From: Candidatus Omnitrophota bacterium
GTDB taxonomy: Bacteria > Omnitrophota > Gorgyraeia > Gygaellales > Profunditerraquicolaceae
Assembly: GCA_028716965.1 (NCBI GenBank)
Contig: JAQUOV010000001.1
Span: 134,448-198,447 of the forward strand
Direction: 5' to 3'
DNA: 64,000 nt
The position numbers and the translations under genes were made by a program. Each line of letters begins with the position of its first letter. Position 1 is the stretch's first letter. Positions 28,323 to 37,681 of this stretch are shown one piece after another. The notes beneath the pieces were generated by a model that was not told the DNA's origin, did no database searches, and worked only from the letters and a program-made list of their open reading frames with translations.

Positions 28323-29581
28323 TGCCTGACCTGCCCGCAACCTAAGACCATATATTTATAGATAGTCAGCTCTTCAAGCGCCATGGGGCCCCGGGCATGC
28401 AGCTTATCCGTAGAGATGCCTATCTCCGCCCCCATCCCAAACTGGTTTCCGTCGGTAAAACGGGTTGAGGCATTTAAATAAACGCAGGCCGAATCCACCT
28501 GTTTCAAAAACTTCAGGGCTTCATCATAATTATCCGTAACAATACTGTCTGAGTGATGCGAGCCGTAATTATTGATATGTGCCACCGCCTCATCCAGATC
28601 TTCCACTACCTTGACTGAAAGGATCAAATCCAGGTATTCCGTGCGGTAATCTTTTTCGGTGGCGCGCTTGGCAGATTTGGCGATCTTGCACGTTAAAGGG
28701 CACCCGCGGATCTCAACCCCCGCCTCACTGAATTTTTTAAGCATCCCCGGCAAAAACCTCACAGCCACATCACGGTGCACCAGCATGCTTTCCATGGCAT
28801 TACAAACTCCCGGGCGCTGCACCTTGGCGTTAAAACAGATCTTCTCGGCCATATTCAAATCCGCCCATTCATCAACATAAACATGGCAGATACCCTTATA
28901 ATGCTTGATTACCGGTATGCGCGAAGAGCGGACTACTTTCCTTATCAACTCCTCTCCGCCGCGGGGGATAACCAGATCAATATATTTATCCAGCTTTAAC
29001 AATATATCCACGGCCTTACGCTCCCGTGTTTTAATCAGGTTTATTGAGCCGCCTGGCAAACCGTGTTTTTGTATCGCAGAGTTGAGCGCCTTGTAAATAG
29101 CAAGGTTGGAATTCAAAGACTCGCTGCCGCCGCGCAGGATTACGCTGTTGCCTGATTTAAGACAAAGCCCGGCGCAATCCGCGGTTACATTAGGCCGGGA
29201 TTCATAAATTATAGCGATTACCCCGATAGGCGAACGCACCTTCTGAATCCGTAAGCCGCTGGAAGTATCCCAGCCGCGGATAAGCTCACCCACCGGGTCC
29301 CTGAGCTTGGCAACATCAAGCAAGGCATCCGCCATCTGCCTGATCCTTGCCTCATTCAACGTGAGCCGGTCAATGAAAACCTTGGGCTTACTGCCCGAAG
29401 CAACAATATCCTTCTTGTTCGCTTTTAAAATAGCGGCTTTATTGTTTAATAAGGCTGCGGCCATATCTTTAAGCACCGCGTCCTTGGTTTCCGTAGAAAG
29501 GTTAGCCAAGACTCGCGAAGCAGTCAAGGCCCCTTTTGCGATATTTTCTAATTCATTGCTCATATTCATTTTCAATCCCAA
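28319..29581 (-). CDS. proA: Gamma-glutamyl phosphate reductase.
   Basis: VIAIIYESRPNVTAD... and an ALDH-like fold. Confidence 0.8.
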   Translation of the reverse strand: MGLKMNMSNELENIAKGALTASRVLANLSTETKDAVLKDMAAALLNNKAAILKANKKDIVASGSKPKVFIDRLTLNEARIRQMADALLDVAKLRDPVGELIRGWDTSSGLRIQKVRSPIGVIAIIYESRPNVTADCAGLCLKSGNSVILRGGSESLNSNLAIYKALNSAIQKHGLPGGSINLIKTRERKAVDILLKLDKYIDLVIPRGGEELIRKVVRSSRIPVIKHYKGICHVYVDEWADLNMAEKICFNAKVQRPGVCNAMESMLVHRDVAVRFLPGMLKKFSEAGVEIRGCPLTCKIAKSAKRATEKDYRTEYLDLILSVKVVEDLDEAVAHINNYGSHHSDSIVTDNYDEALKFLKQVDSACVYLNASTRFTDGNQFGMGAEIGISTDKLHARGPMALEELTIYKYMVLGCGQVRQ

Positions 29582-29592
29582 AACTTCCCTAT

Positions 29593-30660
29593 TTATAAGA
29601 TTACGAGGTGGTCGCGATGGATAACTTCCCTGGGAAAACGTTCTCCTTTTACTCTCTCCAATTCACGGCTGGCTAAACCAACCTTCCCGCGGCCAATCTC
29701 ATGGTTTTTCTTATCGCATACGCTGACTACGTCCCCTGCGTAAAAATTACCGTCACAGGAAACTACGCCTACGGCAAGCAGGCTCTTCTTTTCGCAGAGG
29801 GCTTTTCTTGCCCCGTCATCAACCACAATCCTGCCTTTGGATTTGGTGCCAAAAGCCATCCATCGCTTCTTCTCATCCAATATTGTCTGTTTAGGCAAAA
29901 ATATAGTGCCATGGCTAAAAGGGTCATGCGCAATCTGGTTAATAATCCCCTTACTGTGCCCGTTGGCAATTACGCAGGCAATCCCCGAATCAACGGCAAT
30001 GCGCGCTGCCTCAATCTTGGTAACCATGCCTCCTACGCAAGTCTTCTTGCTGGTCGGACAAGCCAAAGATTTGATCTGGCCGGTAATTTTATCCACCAGG
30101 CGCACAACTTTTTTATTTCCGTCCAGCAGGCCGTCAACATCGGACAGAATTATCAAAAGCTCAGCGCCAACCAATACGGAGGCTAAAGCTGAAAGCTTAT
30201 CATTATCGCCAAATTTAATCTCTTCCGTAGACACTGTGTCATTTTCGTTTATCACCGGCACACATTTTAATTTAAGCAGCGTATTTAAAGTATTTTTGGC
30301 ATTAAGATAACGCAGGCGGCTGGAAAAATCATCCCAGGTCAAAAGCAACTGGGCGGCATTCAACCCATATTCCTTAAACGCCTGATTATAAACATGCATC
30401 AGTTCATGCTGGCCGATGGCTGCGGCGGCCTGAAGATACTGAAGCTCCTTGGGCCGGTTAGCAAGCTTTAAAATTGACATACCTAAAGCAATCGCCCCCG
30501 AAGAAACTATCACTATTTCTTTGCCTTGTTTGACCAAATCAGAGATCTGGCCGGCAATGTTATTAACCAGGCTCATGTCTAACCTGGACTTTTGAGTTGC
30601 AAACAGGCTTGAGCCGATCTTAATGACAACCCTTTTATAATTTCTTTGCGACTGCATCAA
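29593..30660 (-). CDS. proB: Glutamate 5-kinase.
   Basis: RVVIKIGSS, an amino-acid kinase domain and a C-terminal PUA domain. Confidence 0.8.
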   Translation of the reverse strand: MMQSQRNYKRVVIKIGSSLFATQKSRLDMSLVNNIAGQISDLVKQGKEIVIVSSGAIALGMSILKLANRPKELQYLQAAAAIGQHELMHVYNQAFKEYGLNAAQLLLTWDDFSSRLRYLNAKNTLNTLLKLKCVPVINENDTVSTEEIKFGDNDKLSALASVLVGAELLIILSDVDGLLDGNKKVVRLVDKITGQIKSLACPTSKKTCVGGMVTKIEAARIAVDSGIACVIANGHSKGIINQIAHDPFSHGTIFLPKQTILDEKKRWMAFGTKSKGRIVVDDGARKALCEKKSLLAVGVVSCDGNFYAGDVVSVCDKKNHEIGRGKVGLASRELERVKGERFPREVIHRDHLVIL

Positions 30661-31612
30661 CTAACTCCCCTAAATTCGTCTTTTCAAGCGCCGAAATCGC
30701 ATAAACCGGCTTTCTAATCAGCCTCTTAAACCTTTTCAGATTCTCCTTGGCGCCGGCAAGGTCCATCTTATTGGCGCAGATAATCTGCGGTTTCTTATAA
30801 ATATCCTTACTGTAATTTTTTAACTCCCGGTTGATCTTTTTGTAATCGTCAACCGGATCCCTTCCTTCAAAACCCGCCATATCCAACAGGTGGACTAAGA
30901 CACTGGTACGCTCAAGATGCTTTAAAAATTTATCACCCAGCCCGCGGCCCTCTGAAGCCCCCGCAATCAAACCGGGGATATCGGCGATGACAAATTTCTT
31001 ATGCGTAGCGCAAACTACTCCCAAAACCGGAGCGGTAGTCGTAAACGGATAAGCCGCGATCTTCGGCCGGGCATTTGAAACTGCCGTAATCAAAGTGGAT
31101 TTTCCCGCGTTGGGAAACCCTACCACCCCCACATCAGCCAAAAGCTTTAAATCCAGGATAACTGTTCTTTCCTCACCTGGCTCACCCGGGGTTGCTTCTT
31201 TATGATGGCAATTACCTATACCGCCTTTGCCGCCCCTGGCAACAATCACCTCTTGACCGTCTTCACTTAAGTCACGCAAAATAGAGCCTGTTAAGACGTC
31301 TTTAATAGTAGTGCCTAACGGAACACGCACGATTACATCTTCTGCGGCCCTGCCTTTTTTATGGTTACCGCTGCCATGGCCGCCGTGCCTGCCGAAAAAA
31401 TGCCGGTGATGCTGAAAATCCAGGAGCGTAAGCAGGTTATGGTCAGCGCGAAAAATTATATCCGCCCCTTTGCCGCCGTCTCCTCCGTCAGGCTTACCTT
31501 GGCGCTGGTACTTATCACGATAAAGGCTTTTACACCCGGCCCCCCCGCTGCCGGCCCGGAGATTTATTTTAGCGCTATCAATGAACATTTTGGCTAAGCT
31601 TCCAACTGTCAA
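30635..31612 (-). CDS. obg: GTPase Obg/CgtA.
   Basis: An Obg fold with Gly-rich repeats (GGDGGKGADI; GGKGGIGN) and GFPNAGKST. Confidence 0.85.
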   Translation of the reverse strand: MTVGSLAKMFIDSAKINLRAGSGGAGCKSLYRDKYQRQGKPDGGDGGKGADIIFRADHNLLTLLDFQHHRHFFGRHGGHGSGNHKKGRAAEDVIVRVPLGTTIKDVLTGSILRDLSEDGQEVIVARGGKGGIGNCHHKEATPGEPGEERTVILDLKLLADVGVVGFPNAGKSTLITAVSNARPKIAAYPFTTTAPVLGVVCATHKKFVIADIPGLIAGASEGRGLGDKFLKHLERTSVLVHLLDMAGFEGRDPVDDYKKINRELKNYSKDIYKKPQIICANKMDLAGAKENLKRFKRLIRKPVYAISALEKTNLGELVDAVAKKL

Positions 31613-31613
31613 A

Positions 31614-31931
31614 CTAACGGCTTAAATCAATAGACTTGATCTTAAGTTCTGTAAGCTTGGCGCGGTGGCCTTTTTCCCAATGAGAATTCTTCCTGCGGCG
31701 GTATTTATAAGCCGTGGTTTTTTCACCTTTGGCCTCTCCCAAAACTACTGCCTCTACTTTCGCGCCCTTAACATAAGGCTGGCCGATTTCCACAGTCTTA
31801 TCTTTACAAACTAATAAAACCTTATCTAAGATAATATCCTTACCCTGATCAACCAATTGCTTATCTACCTCAATAATATCATCTCTTTTCACATTATACT
31901 GTTTTGCTCCAACTTCAACTATTGCATACAT
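31614..31931 (-). CDS. rplU: 50S ribosomal protein L21.
   Basis: MYAIVEVGAKQYNV. Confidence 0.85.
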   Translation of the reverse strand: MYAIVEVGAKQYNVKRDDIIEVDKQLVDQGKDIILDKVLLVCKDKTVEIGQPYVKGAKVEAVVLGEAKGEKTTAYKYRRRKNSHWEKGHRAKLTELKIKSIDLSR

Positions 31932-32043
31932 TTGTCATCCTCCCGGATTGCCTGCTGCTTGCCTGGCGGTAGCCAGGGCAGGCTTAAAGTAATTAAAATA
32001 AATTAATTTGAATTATATATTATATATCTGCTGTAACTGCGGG

Positions 32044-33486
32044 TCAAGATATTCTAATATCTTCCAAGTGCGCGGCTGGGTTGGAGATCAAGTTGACCTT
32101 GATCCTGTATTTATGCTCAATCGCGCGCAGGGCCTCCTTATCTTTTAGAATTTCATCAATCACAGGCGGCGCCAGAGTGACGGATACCTGTTTTAAGGTT
32201 TTGCCCTTGAGATAGCGCTTAAGTTCCTTCAAAGCAAAAATTCCCAGGGTTTGCGGTGAGCGCAGCTTGCCTTTACCCTTGCAATACGGGCAGGGATGGA
32301 AAGAAAGCATCTGCACTGTTTTGTGGATACGTTCACGGGTCATCTCCACGATACCGAACTTGGAGATACCCAATATATCATATTTTGCCCGGTCACTGGA
32401 AAGTGATTTTTTAAGGATATTCAGCAGTTCCCGGCGGTGGCCTTCACGCTCCATATCAATAAAATCAATTACGATTATACCGCCCAAGTCGCGCAGCACA
32501 AGCTGCCGGGCAATCTCAACCGCCGCCTCTGCATTGACCTTAAAGGCCATATCCTCCTGGTTTACCTTTTTCTTGAACCCGCCGCTATTTACATCAATTA
32601 CCACCAGGCCTTCGGTCGGCTCGATTATCAGGTAAGCCTTGGATTTTAAATATACATGGCTCTCAAAGATACGGTTAATTTGTTTCTCTACGTCTTTGGC
32701 AACAAAAAGGTCATCCCCCCTGTAAAACTCCACCTTCTTACATAAGTAACTTAAGAAAGTGCGCATAAAATGCCGGATGCGGTAAAATTCTGCCTTGGAA
32801 TCAACAATAAGTTTTGTAACATCTTCGGTAAAAGAATCACGGATTGCCCGGAGCGCTAAATCGTATTCTTCATAAACCAAAGCCGGGGCCTTCTTGCCCT
32901 GGGCAATCTTTTCCAGCCGCTTCCATAGCTTGTAAAGGAACTGCGCGTCACGCGACAACTCCTGGGCGGAACGTCCGCTGGCAGCGGTACGCACAATAAA
33001 ACCTACGGGGTCGGCAAATTTAAGCCCTCTAAAAATATCACGCAGACGCCTTCTTTCCGCTTCGTCTTCAATGCGCCGCGAGATGCCACCCTGTTTATCC
33101 ATCGGCATAATTACCAGATATCTCCCGGCTAAACCGATCTGTGTGGACAGCCTCGGCCCTTTGGTGCCAAAAGATTCTTTGACTACCTGGACTAAAACCT
33201 CTTGACCCTTCTTTACTTCTTTAATCGGAGTCTGCTGCACAGATTCAACAGACTCATAAGCAGATTCAATCTCCGATAAATACAAGAAACCGTTTTTAGG
33301 CAACCCGATATCCACAAAGGCGGCACCGATGGAAGGCATTACCGCCTCAATCCTCCCCTTATAAATATTGCCGACGATTGTACGGTCCTGCGGCCGTTCA
33401 ATATGGAACTCAAGGAGTTGGCCGTCCTGGACTATAGCAACGCGCTTTTCCTGGGCTTCAGAATTAATTAAAATTTCCTTGGACAT
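32044..33486 (-). CDS. rng: Ribonuclease G / RNase E-G family.
   Basis: An N-terminal S1 domain plus an RNase E/G catalytic core, about 480 aa in total. Confidence 0.75.
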   Translation of the reverse strand: MSKEILINSEAQEKRVAIVQDGQLLEFHIERPQDRTIVGNIYKGRIEAVMPSIGAAFVDIGLPKNGFLYLSEIESAYESVESVQQTPIKEVKKGQEVLVQVVKESFGTKGPRLSTQIGLAGRYLVIMPMDKQGGISRRIEDEAERRRLRDIFRGLKFADPVGFIVRTAASGRSAQELSRDAQFLYKLWKRLEKIAQGKKAPALVYEEYDLALRAIRDSFTEDVTKLIVDSKAEFYRIRHFMRTFLSYLCKKVEFYRGDDLFVAKDVEKQINRIFESHVYLKSKAYLIIEPTEGLVVIDVNSGGFKKKVNQEDMAFKVNAEAAVEIARQLVLRDLGGIIVIDFIDMEREGHRRELLNILKKSLSSDRAKYDILGISKFGIVEMTRERIHKTVQMLSFHPCPYCKGKGKLRSPQTLGIFALKELKRYLKGKTLKQVSVTLAPPVIDEILKDKEALRAIEHKYRIKVNLISNPAAHLEDIRIS

Positions 33487-33769
33487 CTTTTAACTGTATC
33501 CCTTCTGGTAGTTGTTTTTGCAGCCTATTCTTAAAATCATCCGGGGCAACCGGGAATTTTAAGACTATGGAAGCTTCTTCATGCTCGCTTTCCAAGCCTA
33601 ATTTTAAAGCCCTTTTTAAGCTTAATTTAGGATGCGGGCTGAAACCCTCTGTCATTTTCAGGGGCAAGTCCGCCCGGCGCATAGCGCGCATAAATAGGCG
33701 CATCAGGTCTAAATGCGAAATATAACGCATCAGCCCTTTCTTAGAAAAAATAAAGTTTACCTTATACAT
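33464..33769 (-). CDS. DUF2344 (TIGR03936) family protein, stand-alone.
   Basis: MYKVNFIFSKKGLMRYISHLDLMRLFMRAMRRADLPL. Confidence 0.5.
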   Translation of the reverse strand: MYKVNFIFSKKGLMRYISHLDLMRLFMRAMRRADLPLKMTEGFSPHPKLSLKRALKLGLESEHEEASIVLKFPVAPDDFKNRLQKQLPEGIQLKDVQGNFN

Positions 33770-33861
33770 AAAAAAACAAGCTCCTTATAGCTTTTATCCA
33801 GCTCAGTCCTTTACGCGAAGCGTAAAGGATAAAATTAACCTTATACATACCGAGCGTCAAG

Positions 33862-33937
33862 CAGGGACGTTTCTCAACCCAAAGGGAGAAGTGTCCCCAG
33901 GGGGGACAGTTCTCCGATTGGCTCAAGAAACGTCCCT
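33862..33937. repeat. GGGAC-family palindromic doublet.
   Basis: AGGGACGTTTCTCAACCCAAAGGGAGAAGTGTCCCC-AGG-GGGGACAGTTCTCCGATTGGCTCAAGAAACGTCCCT. Confidence 0.75.
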
Positions 33938-33940
33938 AAC

Positions 33941-35707
33941 CTATTTCGTTGTTTTCTTATCTCTTGCTTTTGCCTTAATAACCACCGGGCTGCGTTCCAA
34001 CCTCGCCTCTAATTTTGCCAGTTCCTCGGGAGTATACTCACCCTGTTTTATTATCCTGGCTTTTATAAAGATCAAAAGATCGATTTTTTGCGTACTTGTT
34101 GTTTCGCGGCCGAAAAGCTTCCCTAACCCCCAGGGAAGGTCTTTTAAGAAAGGGATGCCGATAAACTCCTTACTCTTGACATCTTTTAGCAGGCCACCGA
34201 TTACGATAGTCTCCTGGTCCTTAAGCAAGACTTGCGTCTGGGCCTCGCGCACATCAATAACAGGATACTCTGTTTCTGTCGTCTCGCCGCTGGCGGTAGA
34301 AGTAGCTGTAACACTGGAGTTAGAAGATGTGACACTGGGATGGATAATCATATTGATATAACCCTCTTCGCTTATCTGGGGGACGACATTTAAACGAATG
34401 CCTATCTCCTGGTAATAATCTAATGTCTGGGTAATAGTTGCTCCGGTGCCGGTACCGCTGTTGTCTCCGGCAGTAACCGTAGACTGAAGGATTGGGGTAT
34501 GATAACCTACCAGCATGGATGCCTCTTGATTATCAAGAGTAAGGATGCTTGGCGCAGACAGCGTATTAGTATTGACATCGTCTTCTAAAGCATGGATAAC
34601 TACTTCAAATTGCGTACCGGTTAATTTTTGAAAGACAAACTCGGCGCCTGCGTTATAAGGCTCATACCCTAAGATCCCGGTTGTTGCCGGATTAAATATG
34701 GACGGAGTCACTGTCTTAGCAGCAGTAGTAGCAGTAGCAGCAGTCTTAATTGTACCGGCATGCCCTCCTATAGCGGTGCCGCTTCCCTGCATTGTTATCG
34801 CGGTATCAGTTGCGGATCCAGCCCCACCTAACCCCCAATCAACGCCTAAATCTCTTAGCTTATTGCGGTTAACCTCTATAATCCTTGTTTCAATCAGGAC
34901 CTGCTTTGGCTTAATATCTATTTTAGGAAGGATTACATTGCGTATTTTATCAAGTGAACTGGCAGTATCGGTAATTACCAGCATTTTAGACTTTACCGAC
35001 GGGTCAAACTCCGCCTTCTTCATCACCGTCTCGCCTTTCTCATCCTTCTCATAAGAAACTGCCTCTGTGCGGATGGAGTTAGCTCCATCTTTTACGGAAG
35101 CCGCGCTTGAACCAGCAGAATCCCTGCCGATTTTAAATGTTCCAAACTGCCAGCCTTTCTGGCCACGCGTATACAAAACAGAAATCTTGCCCCGTGGTGA
35201 TAGCAGCGGGATAATGATCTTTTGCGCATCCTGGGCATCAAGGAATTTCAAAGTAACGATCTCCGTCTGCAAAGGTTCTTCGGCGGCAATCCTAGCCACA
35301 TTCTCTACTTTAGTAACCAGTATAACATTCCCCTGTTTCTGGGACCCGAAACCGTAAGTCTTCAAAATAACATCCAGGGCTATCTCCCATGGCACATCGC
35401 TTAAGCGTACCGAAACATTCCCGGCCACATCCGGAGTAGTGACTATATTGACCCCCGATTTATATGAAATTATCTTGAGCACATTAGAAATATCCGCCTC
35501 CTTAAAATCCAGGGTAACATTCCCCAGGGGGTCCGGGCTGACATCTTCAACAACTGCATCTATATCAGGATTAACAGATACGGCTGCGGCCAAAGGCGCC
35601 GGCTGACCTATAGCATCTGGTGCGCCTTGAACCTTTTGAGTGTCCTGCGCAGAGGCATAAACATAAACGCAGAAGAATAAAACACAAATTAAGAATAGTC
35701 TCTTCAC
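33941..35707 (-). CDS. pilQ: Type IV pilus secretin PilQ.
   Basis: A signal peptide, N0/N1 domains (NVTLDFKEADISNVLKII) and a C-terminal secretin domain. Confidence 0.8.
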   Translation of the reverse strand: MKRLFLICVLFFCVYVYASAQDTQKVQGAPDAIGQPAPLAAAVSVNPDIDAVVEDVSPDPLGNVTLDFKEADISNVLKIISYKSGVNIVTTPDVAGNVSVRLSDVPWEIALDVILKTYGFGSQKQGNVILVTKVENVARIAAEEPLQTEIVTLKFLDAQDAQKIIIPLLSPRGKISVLYTRGQKGWQFGTFKIGRDSAGSSAASVKDGANSIRTEAVSYEKDEKGETVMKKAEFDPSVKSKMLVITDTASSLDKIRNVILPKIDIKPKQVLIETRIIEVNRNKLRDLGVDWGLGGAGSATDTAITMQGSGTAIGGHAGTIKTAATATTAAKTVTPSIFNPATTGILGYEPYNAGAEFVFQKLTGTQFEVVIHALEDDVNTNTLSAPSILTLDNQEASMLVGYHTPILQSTVTAGDNSGTGTGATITQTLDYYQEIGIRLNVVPQISEEGYINMIIHPSVTSSNSSVTATSTASGETTETEYPVIDVREAQTQVLLKDQETIVIGGLLKDVKSKEFIGIPFLKDLPWGLGKLFGRETTSTQKIDLLIFIKARIIKQGEYTPEELAKLEARLERSPVVIKAKARDKKTTK

Positions 35708-35750
35708 TCTTCAATCCTCCCTGAATAAACAGGTTTGGAAAAAATCTTTC

Positions 35751-36164
35751 TTATTTTTTATCGCAATCCTCGGAGATAATCAAGCCTCCGGTAGATATGG
35801 TATAAATCTTCTTTCCCGTAAGATTACAATTTACCGGGCCTGCCGAACAGTTATAACCCGTAGAATCAAGACGCTGGCAGTCATACTCATAACCCCTTAC
35901 TGAAGGGACGCCAAGATAATCCTTTTCCAGGTAAACCGGGCTGCCTTTGGTAAGCTGGTTTATGTTCTCAGGATATGCCCCTTTATTATTTTTTGCATAA
36001 TTTTCTAAAGCAGTATAAAAAAGCTTAAGGTTAACCTGCGCCAACGATTGGTTCCTTTCAATATTATAAATAATAAACTTCTGCAGTACCGTACGCAGCA
36101 ATAAAGCGCTTAAGCCGAGTACAATCATGATCGTGACAAAACTTCGGGCTTTGTTGTTAACCAT
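35751..36164 (-). CDS. Pilin-like protein with a degenerate, probably uncleaved prepilin leader.
   Basis: A hydrophobic N-terminus is followed by LFYTALENYAKNNKGAYPENINQL, a block paralogous to the neighbouring pilin, and Cys pairs. Confidence 0.4.
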   Translation of the reverse strand: MVNNKARSFVTIMIVLGLSALLLRTVLQKFIIYNIERNQSLAQVNLKLFYTALENYAKNNKGAYPENINQLTKGSPVYLEKDYLGVPSVRGYEYDCQRLDSTGYNCSAGPVNCNLTGKKIYTISTGGLIISEDCDKK

Positions 36165-36240
36165 ATTAAGAATATTTAAAAAACCGGTTTATTAATGAAA
36201 TCTGTTTTCTTGATTTTAGCACAAAGAGGCCAATTAGCAA

Positions 36241-36642
36241 TCACTTTTCGGCAAGCACTCCACCTGTAGCAGCGGTATAAGTAACCCCTCCGCCTGCCCC
36301 TGTTATGACGGGACAGGCTGTAAAAGTATAACCCTCTGCGGCCAATATACAAGCATAGCTATATTCTCCGACGACTGTCGTGGCGCCTGCCGCATTAGCG
36401 CAATAGCTGTCGGCTAAAGCAATAAACCCGCTGAGTTCAGCTATGCTTGCAGGATAGGCGCCGTTATGGGATGCAGCATAGTTCTCTGCGGCAATAGAAA
36501 GTTTTCGCAGGGTTTCTTTTGCTGCTGCCTGGCTGGCCTTTACAGAGGTCGTCAAATAAGGCACGGCGATTACGCCTAATAAAACGGCGATTACTAAAAT
36601 AATAATGATTTCAACAAGGACAAAACCATTTTTCTTCATCAA
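36241..36642 (-). CDS. Type IV pilin (prepilin-type N-terminal cleavage/methylation).
   Basis: MMKKNGFVLVEIIIILVIAVLLGVIAVP. Confidence 0.75.
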   Translation of the reverse strand: MMKKNGFVLVEIIIILVIAVLLGVIAVPYLTTSVKASQAAAKETLRKLSIAAENYAASHNGAYPASIAELSGFIALADSYCANAAGATTVVGEYSYACILAAEGYTFTACPVITGAGGGVTYTAATGGVLAEK

Positions 36643-36657
36643 GTGCCCATTCTTTCT

Positions 36658-37092
36658 CTAAGGCTCAAGTTTAACTTCAAAAAATTCCTGCCCATCGCTT
36701 AAGATTACCCTATCCCGCTTTATATCCACAACCTCCTTATTGCCGATCCGGTCGCCTTTCTTGACCACCTCCCCGTCAATAATCGCAAGCGGCTTTAGCT
36801 TATCCCAGAGTATGCCGGTTAAAGCAAGCCCGGATTGCACATTCTTATAGCTTATTATGGGGGAAGAGGTAAAAGGGTCTCTTTTTAATTCAATAGACCC
36901 GGTTTCCTGCTCAAGGTAGTTATAAAGATCCCTGCTTTCTATTTTGTCTGCAGGGCTAACGCCGGCTGAACCGGCTGTTTTAGGCACGATATTGCGGCTG
37001 CGCGCCTTTTTAACCGCGCTGCCAAATGCGATGATCAAGGCCACCGCCAGGATTCCCGTTATCCCCAACTCAATTAGATCTTTCCGGCGCAT
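36658..37092 (-). CDS. pilP: PilP-like pilus assembly protein.
   Basis: A membrane anchor with a C-terminal beta domain (ALTGILWDKLKPLAIIDGEVVKKGDRIGNKEVVDIKRDRVIL). Its position between pilO and pilQ also supports the call. Confidence 0.5.
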   Translation of the reverse strand: MRRKDLIELGITGILAVALIIAFGSAVKKARSRNIVPKTAGSAGVSPADKIESRDLYNYLEQETGSIELKRDPFTSSPIISYKNVQSGLALTGILWDKLKPLAIIDGEVVKKGDRIGNKEVVDIKRDRVILSDGQEFFEVKLEP

Positions 37093-37096
37093 TTTC

Positions 37097-37681
37097 TTAA
37101 ATTAAAAGGTACAAGTTGAACCCCGCGCTTGCGCGGACCTTTCCGGTATAATGGTCGTCTTTTTCGATATTCAAGTTAATCACGCTGACAAAAGCCGGCA
37201 AAGCGTTCTTTAGCTCCGACAGGTAATCTACCAGGTCCTTATAGAAACAAATTATTTCTATTGTTATCGGCAGGAAATAAACCGTCTTGCCGTCAATTAA
37301 GACCGGTTTGCCGGATTGATCAAGGAATTCAGCGCGTAAACCAGGCTGCAAAGAAACAACGCTTATATTCATCCTGCGCGCAACCTCCGTAATCAGCCTT
37401 AAGCTCTCCTCTTCCTTTTGCGGGAATTTATTATTTAAATACTGCTGCTTTTCCTTAAGCAGACGGATTGCTTCCTCCCTGCTTTTTGAGCCGGCTAAAA
37501 GCATCTCAATACCCTTAATCTGCTGCTGGGTTGAAATTAACTCTTTTCTAAGCTTGGAGATTTCCTTGCTGCTGGGCAAATACAAGAATATCCATAACAG
37601 CAAAAAAACAAATAGGCCCGCTCCGCTTACAATAATTATATTCTTTTGATTCCGGGTTATATCAATCTTTGGTATTTTCAT
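37097..37681 (-). CDS. pilO: PilO.
   Basis: A single transmembrane helix plus coiled coil. The gene order supports the call. Confidence 0.55.
   Translation of the reverse strand: MKIPKIDITRNQKNIIIVSGAGLFVFLLLWIFLYLPSSKEISKLRKELISTQQQIKGIEMLLAGSKSREEAIRLLKEKQQYLNNKFPQKEEESLRLITEVARRMNISVVSLQPGLRAEFLDQSGKPVLIDGKTVYFLPITIEIICFYKDLVDYLSELKNALPAFVSVINLNIEKDDHYTGKVRASAGFNLYLLI

Noticed and set aside
36190-36210. AAACCGGTTT followed by T-rich sequence after the pilin gene at 36241..36642, considered as an intrinsic terminator.
   Set aside because: The self-complementary 10-mer has no loop and the stem is too short for a convincing hairpin. It is left uncalled.
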